64,000 bases of DNA. It comes from a virus. Lineage: Duplodnaviria; Caudoviricetes. Location of the stretch: IMG/VR virus record IMGVR_UViG_3300020577_002562, positions 123,210 to 187,209 of that record. The stretch is one strand, 5' to 3'. Shown piece by piece: positions 57,449 to 64,000 of this stretch. The position numbers and the translations under genes are program-made. Position 1 is the first letter of the stretch; each line of letters starts with the position of its first letter. The notes beneath the pieces are model-generated. The model had not been told where the DNA came from. It did not search any database and saw only the letters and a program-made list of their open reading frames with translations.

Positions 57449-58267
57449 TCAGAAGTCTTCGTCATCATCGGAGTCATCGTCATCATCCGAGTCGTCGTCC
57501 CCGGAATCATCGTCGTCATCGTCGTCATCATCGTCCTTCTTGGACTTGCTCTTCTTCCCCTTCTTTCCCTTCTTGGGCTTCTCTTCTTCCTCATCGTCAT
57601 CGTCATCGTCATCGTCATCATCCGAGTCGTCGTCCCCGGAATCATCGTCGTCATCGTCGTCATCGGAGTCATCGTCATCATCCGAGTCGTCGTCCCCGGA
57701 ATCATCGTCATCGTCCGAGTCGTCGTCATCGTCAGCTTCTTCGGCCTTGGCTGCCGCAGAAGCCAGAGTCAGCGTGTCTGCGCGAACCAGGACGTCACCA
57801 TCTTCCGAATCCAGAACGACGTGGGCACCATCGATCTTGAAGCCCTTGACACCAAACGGCTTTTCCAGTTGCCGTTGCATCGTGCCAACCAGAATGTCAG
57901 CACCATCGCCGCCGCCATCGTAGAAGTACAGGATGTCAGCGCGCGGGAAGAACGAGGATTGCGTCTTTCCGCGATACTTGTACTGGAACAGCACGCCCTC
58001 TTCTGAAGACTTGAGCGCAGTACCTTCCACATCCATCGTGATGCGTGCCACCAGCGTAGCCATCAGTTGTTGCTTGGAACCGCTCTTCTTTGCCTTGACT
58101 GCTTTCGCCTTCACTGGTGCTGCCTTCTTGGTACGGGTTGTCTTGGATGCCTTCGCCGGCTTTGCTGCCGGCTTCTTCTTCGTTGCCGCCGGCTTGCGAC
58201 CGGGCTTCGCCTTCGCTTTTGCCTTGGTGGTCTTGGCGGTCTTGCTACCCTTTGCTGTACGGGCCAT
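57449..58267 (-). CDS. protein with histone H1-like basic N-terminus and poly-Asp C-terminus
   Basis: GGAG SD; K/A-rich about 60 aa; DDDDS repeats interrupted by a KKGKK patch. Confidence 0.85.
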   Translation of the reverse strand: MARTAKGSKTAKTTKAKAKAKPGRKPAATKKKPAAKPAKASKTTRTKKAAPVKAKAVKAKKSGSKQQLMATLVARITMDVEGTALKSSEEGVLFQYKYRGKTQSSFFPRADILYFYDGGGDGADILVGTMQRQLEKPFGVKGFKIDGAHVVLDSEDGDVLVRADTLTLASAAAKAEEADDDDDSDDDDDSGDDDSDDDDDSDDDDDDDDSGDDDSDDDDDDDDDDEEEEKPKKGKKGKKSKSKKDDDDDDDDDDSGDDDSDDDDDSDDDEDF

Positions 58268-58315
58268 TTCAGAAATCTCCGTGATGTGACCGTTGGTGAA
58301 TCGTTGGGAGTTTGG

Positions 58316-58933
58316 TCAGAACTCACCTACGAGTTTGTAAACGCTTTGTGCTCTAGCGCCTAAGCGCGGATCGGGTTGGAACCCCAGTATGTCCTCCACT
58401 TCAACCGCAACTGCTTGCGGAACAGTGAAATTACTGGTAGCTCCGTTCAATGCTTTCTTCTCTGCCAAAGCCTTGTTCACTTCATCGATGTAGCTCCTAA
58501 GGTGATCTTCCACTTCCGAACGATGCTTTGCTTTAACAACGTTCAACCACTTTACATACCCAAGCGGAGTACGAAAACCGCTCTTGTGCAAGAGGTTGAG
58601 CGTTGACAGTCTGTTCGTCACGGTTCCGCAGCTAGGCAATGCGTCTACCGCAATGAACTGGCGTTGTGACAACACCAAACGCACGATCACTGATTGACAC
58701 TTAAAGTGTGCCCATCTACCTGGTTGGTACCCAACCACGGTTGGTACGCGAGCCTCCTTCAACATCTGTTGTTGTTTAGGCGTAAACTTTTCCAAAGGAA
58801 GTGTTCCACGCCGATACTCCAACTGAACTAGCTTTCCGTCCAGAACAGGAACAAGAAGCACATCATGTTTCGCTTTACGCGCCTGACGCACTCGTTCCAG
58901 ATTGTTGTTGGTTTCCAGCATCGGATACCTCAC
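58316..58933 (-). CDS. degenerate NAD-dependent ligase adenylation-like domain
   Basis: VPVLDG.LVQLEY resembles EPKLDG...L.Y; L..L...GF.TP. Confidence 0.4.
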   Translation of the reverse strand: MRYPMLETNNNLERVRQARKAKHDVLLVPVLDGKLVQLEYRRGTLPLEKFTPKQQQMLKEARVPTVVGYQPGRWAHFKCQSVIVRLVLSQRQFIAVDALPSCGTVTNRLSTLNLLHKSGFRTPLGYVKWLNVVKAKHRSEVEDHLRSYIDEVNKALAEKKALNGATSNFTVPQAVAVEVEDILGFQPDPRLGARAQSVYKLVGEF

Positions 58934-58949
58934 TCAGCGCCTCGTCAGA

Positions 58950-59696
58950 TCACTCGTCGTCTTCGGATACCGTCTCCTGATCGGATTCGACAGCATTGAA
59001 GTCGGTGACCAGCATCAACGTGGAGTCCCCGTTTGCGGCAATTGTCTTGAACTCAACGCCCAATTCTGATGTCACTTCGTTGAAATCGGTGATCAGCTTC
59101 AACGTCGCCTTGGCATCTTCCGTGTCCAGCATGACGCCAGCATTCACAGGAACGTCCAGCGACGGCTGCTTGGACATCCAGACACTGAGGCTAGCGATAG
59201 CCGGTGTCGCCTGTCCGATAGCACACGGGAAAGCTGCCATCACATTGATCAGGTTCGGATCTTTCGTAGAGGAAAACACGCTACATTGCTGCGCAAAGAC
59301 GTGTGCTGTCTTTTCGAGCTTTTCACCAACGGCCTCGGAGTAGGCGGCCACACAGTCTTCCAAGGCAGCTTGAGAGCCGATCATGTAGGTCGATGCTGCG
59401 ATCTGCTGCATATCTAGCAGAATGGGGTACGCATCTTCCAGGAAGCGTCGCGTTGCTCCCCTAACCATGCTCTCTTTCTTCTTGAACATCGGCCGATCCC
59501 AAACCGTCCCTTCCGTTGCGGCAGGTACACGATCTTGACTTTCTTGGAAGAGAATCAGCAAACGCAGCCGGATTTGCATTGGTCCAGTCATCTGGACCGC
59601 CTTCATGAGCGACTTCATAGTCGTTTCCGACAGTGCGGGCATGTCGATGGTCATTTCAGCAGTTGCTGTAGGTTGAGGTGTTTCAGTGGTATTCAC
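58950..59696 (-). CDS. hypothetical protein
   Basis: AAGGA SD; downstream of phased-repeat promoter. Confidence 0.65.
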   Translation of the reverse strand: MNTTETPQPTATAEMTIDMPALSETTMKSLMKAVQMTGPMQIRLRLLILFQESQDRVPAATEGTVWDRPMFKKKESMVRGATRRFLEDAYPILLDMQQIAASTYMIGSQAALEDCVAAYSEAVGEKLEKTAHVFAQQCSVFSSTKDPNLINVMAAFPCAIGQATPAIASLSVWMSKQPSLDVPVNAGVMLDTEDAKATLKLITDFNEVTSELGVEFKTIAANGDSTLMLVTDFNAVESDQETVSEDDE

Positions 59697-59818
59697 TTAG
59701 TGTCCTTGGTGAGGGTTTGGGATGCAAGCGGAACGACGGTAGCCGAGTCTAGATCCAGATCATCGATTGCTTCTCAATGCTCGGTGTTTCGGTTTCCGTA
59801 GTTCCGCCGCATGACTCT

Positions 59819-59859
59819 ATTTTACAGAGTATCTGGTGCGCTCTGGTGCGCTCTGGTGC
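59819..59859 (-). promoter_or_regulatory. putative promoter: three phased GCACCAG repeats + TAAAAT -10
   Basis: repeats at 59833/59843/59853. Confidence 0.6.
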
Positions 59860-59875
59860 CGACGGTTTTGGGGGC

Positions 59876-60178
59876 TTAATCGCTAGCTTCGCTCCTCCGT
59901 CTGTTGTAGTGCTGCATCCAACCCCAATCGAAGAAAGCTGGATACGTGTCGATATACGCCTTGATCAAGGGGATTTCGATACGTTTGGGACGCAAACCGA
60001 CGGCTACTACCAAAGCCGCCTCAGCAGCACTCGCCTGTTGCTTCAAGCGAGCGATCTGCCGACGCAGCCCCTCAGCAACATACTGGTGGATGAAAGCAGC
60101 CGCTTCAGGATCATGTTCGATGTACATGCGAACGCCTGTCAAGAACTCGCTGCGTACTGGGAAGTCTGGAACACTCAT
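59876..60178 (-). CDS. hypothetical protein
   Basis: AAGGAG SD. Confidence 0.55.
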   Translation of the reverse strand: MSVPDFPVRSEFLTGVRMYIEHDPEAAAFIHQYVAEGLRRQIARLKQQASAAEAALVVAVGLRPKRIEIPLIKAYIDTYPAFFDWGWMQHYNRRRSEASD

Positions 60179-60459
60179 GTCTGGTGCTCCTTAACGGATT
60201 CCGCCAACTCTGCCAGCATACTTGACAGTTTACGAAGTGTCTTCGCTGTGTTCTTGTCTTCCTTCATTACGAATCCACACCGACTATCAGGAATCATGTC
60301 GTCGGCTTTGCGAATGAACCGCCTCAGACCAACGAACACTGTTCCGTCTGGGGCTTTCAGTCGTTGTGCTGCCCACTCGACGTTTTCGCTCACTTCATAC
60401 TTGGCGATGGTGCGTGACTTCCACGCTTGCTTTTCGCCTGTCTTACTTATCTTTGCCAT
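60175..60459 (-). CDS. PC4-like single-stranded DNA-binding protein
   Basis: FVGLRRF......P...G pattern, 94 aa. Confidence 0.5.
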   Translation of the reverse strand: MAKISKTGEKQAWKSRTIAKYEVSENVEWAAQRLKAPDGTVFVGLRRFIRKADDMIPDSRCGFVMKEDKNTAKTLRKLSSMLAELAESVKEHQT

Positions 60460-60460
60460 T

Positions 60461-61501
60461 TCAAATCAATCCTAGATGGTTGGCAATCACTGCCGCACCT
60501 ACGTTCTTGTCTTTGCCTTCCCACAGGATGTCGAAGCCGAAAGACGCTGCGTAGCTGATAGACGGTGTATGCCATGGGTGAAGAGAATGCGCACGTAGCC
60601 GAGACTTGGTAGTGTGCTCCAGTAGAGCACCCAAACTCATGCTGCGTTTGCGCTGTTGTCCGGTACAAAGATCAGGGTCACTCATAGCCAAATGCAACTT
60701 AGGCTGCACACCTCGCCAAGTTTGACGTATCTGCTCAACCAGCGAATCGTCTGGTTGGATGCGTTTTCCCTCGTGTATCCAGTGATGATGCACATCGAGA
60801 ACAACAGGTACTATATCGCCAAACTGGTCTACGATAGAACGGGTAGACCATGAGAACTCGTCGTTTTCCAGTGTTACTAGGTTTCGCACATAGTCTGGTG
60901 CTCCTTTCAGTAGTTTACGCATCTGCTTTACAGCAGCGTGTTTTGGCCCCACATGAACGTTGATAGCCAACCCATTCGGATGCCACCCTCTGTACCCCAT
61001 CCAATGGAACAGTAGTCCGTGGTACTCTAGCTCCGCTAGAGCGTTCTCACGAACGACCTGGCTTTGGGAGCCAAGCACTACGTACTGTCCTGGATGGAAG
61101 CTCAGACGAATGTCGGCGGTTCGTGCAGCCCTGCCGATACGCTTCAGCTTCTGTTCAATTCGCTCCTGTACGTCCACGTCTTCGTAGAACGATTGTGCAA
61201 TGTCGTGGGTGTAAAGCGGCAGCACGTCACTACCTATACGCCAGAATCGCAACGGTGCGGGCAGCAAACCGACTACCTGTATCTGTTGCTTCAACGCACG
61301 GAGATTATGCTTGACCAGTGCGTACAGGTAGTTAAACCGTGCGTGTGGGTCCAAACTTGCCACATATCGCACGGTTGTTGTCGCCAGGTTCCACTCCGGA
61401 TGCGTGCTGCCGTCTGGCTCGGTCCATTTGCACGCACCGCCTACGCGTATCGCATTCATTTGCCAATCGCAGGATGCACAGGAGGGTTTGACCATTCCCA
61501 T
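60461..61501 (-). CDS. uvsE: UV-damage endonuclease (UvsE/UVDE)
   Basis: RIGSDVLP, RLSFHPGQY, NVHVG, LENDE, DVHHH, RAHS, EGKDKN. Confidence 0.9.
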   Translation of the reverse strand: MGMVKPSCASCDWQMNAIRVGGACKWTEPDGSTHPEWNLATTTVRYVASLDPHARFNYLYALVKHNLRALKQQIQVVGLLPAPLRFWRIGSDVLPLYTHDIAQSFYEDVDVQERIEQKLKRIGRAARTADIRLSFHPGQYVVLGSQSQVVRENALAELEYHGLLFHWMGYRGWHPNGLAINVHVGPKHAAVKQMRKLLKGAPDYVRNLVTLENDEFSWSTRSIVDQFGDIVPVVLDVHHHWIHEGKRIQPDDSLVEQIRQTWRGVQPKLHLAMSDPDLCTGQQRKRSMSLGALLEHTTKSRLRAHSLHPWHTPSISYAASFGFDILWEGKDKNVGAAVIANHLGLI

Positions 61502-61695
61502 ATCATCGCTTGTGCGTACTCACGCTCTATCGCGTAGAGTTCATTCATAATTCTAAGATCTGGGTCATTAACCGCGGTTAACGAGACCGAAACACCTCCT
61601 TGAAGAGTCCAGCCGAGATGTATATGCTCTCTAACCTGGTCTTTCAAATGCTCCGGCGTTTCCGCCGTCAACACTACGTAGTCATGCACTCGCAT
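61456..61695 (-). CDS. DUF1737-like small protein
   Basis: GWTLQGGVSV...YAQAM. Confidence 0.6.
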   Translation of the reverse strand: MRVHDYVVLTAETPEHLKDQVREHIHLGWTLQGGVSVSLTAVNDPDLRIMNELYAIEREYAQAMIWEWSNPPVHPAIGK

Positions 61696-61706
61696 GACTG
61701 CCTCGC

Positions 61707-62060
61707 TTACCAGTAACCTGTTTCACCACCGTACAACGCTCCATAGCTGGAATCCACCTTCTTGAACCGACCGTCTTCCATCTTGGTTTGCGATCGAACG
61801 AAAATCGGACCTACGCACTCATTCTTCAACGTATCGTACTTGCGGTATCCATACGCAGGCTCACCTGTTTCTTCGATTAGCATCGTCACAGGTGTATGCG
61901 TGATCTGGTAGCGGTCACCGTTCTTATGAACGACGTGCTGATCGCGTAGAAATTTGATAGGGAATTGGACTTGGATTGGATTCACTCTGGGCATGGTTAC
62001 TTCCCTATCGACATATGCTTGATGATCATAGGTTTCTCGACTAGAGGCGACAGCCTTCAT
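61707..62060 (-). CDS. DUF1653-like small protein
   Basis: HKNG..Y...EET.EP.Y.Y...FVR....EDGRF. Confidence 0.55.
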   Translation of the reverse strand: MKAVASSRETYDHQAYVDREVTMPRVNPIQVQFPIKFLRDQHVVHKNGDRYQITHTPVTMLIEETGEPAYGYRKYDTLKNECVGPIFVRSQTKMEDGRFKKVDSSYGALYGGETGYW

Positions 62061-62066
62061 CCTCGC

Positions 62067-63014
62067 TCATGTCACCACCTTGTGTTCTGACTCTACTTTA
62101 CCATATGCTTCGTTTCCGCGAGTGTGCGGATTCCACCAGAAGATGCCCGTCTTTCGGTGCTTGAAGTGGCCCGCAACCATGTGCAACGGAAGACCTCTGA
62201 ACTGAGCCAACACGGTTTGTGGATCAGGCATGCGCTTTCTCCAACCGGGATCGGTACGGCTCAGGAATACGTTCAATGTGTGGTACGCAAAGAATGGCTG
62301 CTTGCCACAGCGCAATCGCTTCTTGTTCAACCGTTCCGGAGCTTCAATCAACGGTACCTGCTGAATGTTCCGCGCGTTGATCAGTGCCAACATACGTAGC
62401 ACATGGCACAGGTCTTCGTGAACGTCGTTAGCCATGATACTCCGCGTTTCCTCCACGCTGTACTCATCCAACAACAACTCAACAGCGTGGAGAAATGTAG
62501 GGACTATGCCATAGGTCAGCTTGTTCTGCACTCCATCTAGGCACATACCAACAGTGTCTTCAGAAGTCCAAATACCCGAAGCGGCTGATGGCATCCACAC
62601 CTGAGTCTTCACCAACCAATAGAACGACTGAACTGCTATGCCTTGTGATAGCTGACCCGTAGCGCGTATAGCACGGGCCGTGTTGGATTGACTTGTAGCC
62701 AGATCGATTACCAAAGCCACCCGTTTAGTAGAAGCCTCCGTCGGGACATCAACTTCCTTGACCAACTCATTGTTGTCGGTGGCGTAGGGAATCTGGTACT
62801 CGAATACCATCTCTGGAAACGGACACCGGATGAAAGGAGCGCTCTTGGCGTCGATCTTGGTTTTGACCGTTAGAGGAGGTGGCACGATGTACTTGTGGCT
62901 GTCCTGAATGGACTTGATCAACATCCGCGCTACAGCAGCGTTATCAGCGTTTCGATACATGGATACGGCACGTATTTTGTTCAGTGCCTCGATCACTTGG
63001 ACTGAGAAGTTCAT
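62067..63014 (-). CDS. conserved hypothetical phage protein
   Basis: NKKR...GKQPFF.YH.L; H...GHFK.RKTGIFWW..H.RG. Confidence 0.7.
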   Translation of the reverse strand: MNFSVQVIEALNKIRAVSMYRNADNAAVARMLIKSIQDSHKYIVPPPLTVKTKIDAKSAPFIRCPFPEMVFEYQIPYATDNNELVKEVDVPTEASTKRVALVIDLATSQSNTARAIRATGQLSQGIAVQSFYWLVKTQVWMPSAASGIWTSEDTVGMCLDGVQNKLTYGIVPTFLHAVELLLDEYSVEETRSIMANDVHEDLCHVLRMLALINARNIQQVPLIEAPERLNKKRLRCGKQPFFAYHTLNVFLSRTDPGWRKRMPDPQTVLAQFRGLPLHMVAGHFKHRKTGIFWWNPHTRGNEAYGKVESEHKVVT

Positions 63015-63238
63015 TGCATTCCTTCTGCTTTTTCAGCTTTGGGTTGACAAGTCCAGAAGCCATGACTATCATCACGGCCCTCGATCAAAGCCATCAACGA
63101 CAGTCCTCCTGCTTGAATCCAATGACCACCGTACTCGCCACAGTGCTCGCACAGATGACGGGCTAACGTCTTGGCACGCACCTGTCGGGCTAGTTCACCG
63201 GCAGTTGCTCGATTCTTGCGTCGTTGACTCGCGTTCAT
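63011..63238 (-). CDS. hypothetical protein
   Basis: ATGA overlaps. Confidence 0.5.
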   Translation of the reverse strand: MNASQRRKNRATAGELARQVRAKTLARHLCEHCGEYGGHWIQAGGLSLMALIEGRDDSHGFWTCQPKAEKAEGMQ

Positions 63239-63480
63239 GGAGTGAAGGGTGACTCTAGGATGTCGTGCAGACTACGGTTCATCAGCTTCTCGATCTTTGA
63301 TCGGCGCACATATTCACCGACCAGGCTGTGCAAGTGCCGGAAGGGGATGGCGACTGCTGTCTTGATCCCGTCGTCCGCTGTACGGGTGATTTCGCACATA
63401 GCCCCATAGCGACCGTCATACGAAAACTCGGTAGTTCCTGACGGAGCCGTTGGCGCATCACGGAGTGTCAAATTGATCAT
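63235..63480 (-). CDS. hypothetical protein
   Basis: GAGGA SD. Confidence 0.55.
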   Translation of the reverse strand: MINLTLRDAPTAPSGTTEFSYDGRYGAMCEITRTADDGIKTAVAIPFRHLHSLVGEYVRRSKIEKLMNRSLHDILESPFTP

Positions 63481-64000
63481 GTGTTAGTCCTCTTTCTGAA
63501 CGATGTCTTGCGTACCACGCCGCAACACGACGTGTGACTCTTTGCGGCTAGTCCACGTTGGGGTGTCATTAGCCATCAGCACATCTCCGAGCTTGTGCGC
63601 CCATGGTCTAAGAATCGGATGGACAGTCTCACTACTGCGCAGTTCTGCAAAGTAGACGGCACCTACCAATCCAGTGGTATACATGACGGGAACGCTAGTG
63701 CCCAAAGGATGCGCGTACTCGGCTTCATCGGTTAACGAGTGGGTTCTCATAAACAGTTTGTCTGTTCGATTGTGAATGTCGGTAGCTGAGGCCTCAGCTA
63801 CATACCGATAGAGTTGCTCCCAATACCATGAATGCAGCCTGTGCCCTGCTAATTGCGGCGGTCGTCCTACCAGTAGCCGATGGCCCAGCATGTCCGCCAG
63901 CAGCGCGGGCTGAGCGTAGCCGGTCAGGGCCGCGCGTAGCAGCGCAACCTCGGCTTCTGCCTTGATGGCTCTGCGCAGGTAGTCGGCCGAGCGCGATGCG

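Noticed and set aside
57455-57735. non-coding repeat array
   Set aside because: repeats are codons of the poly-Asp tail

Overview
64 kb segment of a large (jumbo-type) dsDNA phage genome, standard genetic code, nearly all genes on the minus strand. In order it holds: a replication/recombination block (SF2 helicase, clamp-like protein, family A DNA polymerase); a large probable late/virion operon (SNF2-like helicase, ART-like protein, many unknowns); a RuvC-like resolvase; two type IIA topoisomerase subunits; a tRNA/tmRNA/RtcB/ACP region; HU and histone-like proteins; UvsE; and many small hypotheticals. The main signal is five free-standing endonuclease genes, each sitting inside or at the edge of a host gene that appears to survive by a different route. 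(1) The helicase is split into two genes joined by a naturally split intein at the DECH box. (2) A 177-aa gene has a recoded replacement C-terminus, with the old one stranded beyond the nuclease. (3) gyrB has a recoded replacement N-terminus. (4) A circularly permuted two-piece tmRNA (tag ANDAQFDQALAA) has a 498-nt intervening segment that is an endonuclease gene. (5) A tRNA is split at the anticodon by a 17-bp inverted repeat enclosing an HNH gene and a second complete tRNA. In cases 4 and 5 the nuclease stop codon overlaps the 5' end of the downstream RNA, so RNase P processing should create non-stop mRNA. Also seen: a shared RCTAATTT motif with start-sequestering hairpins, a lone integron attC-like site, candidate structured ncRNAs, phased-repeat promoters and a recurring RLxx(T/S)A peptide motif. 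All calls come from reading the sequence by eye; no searches were run.
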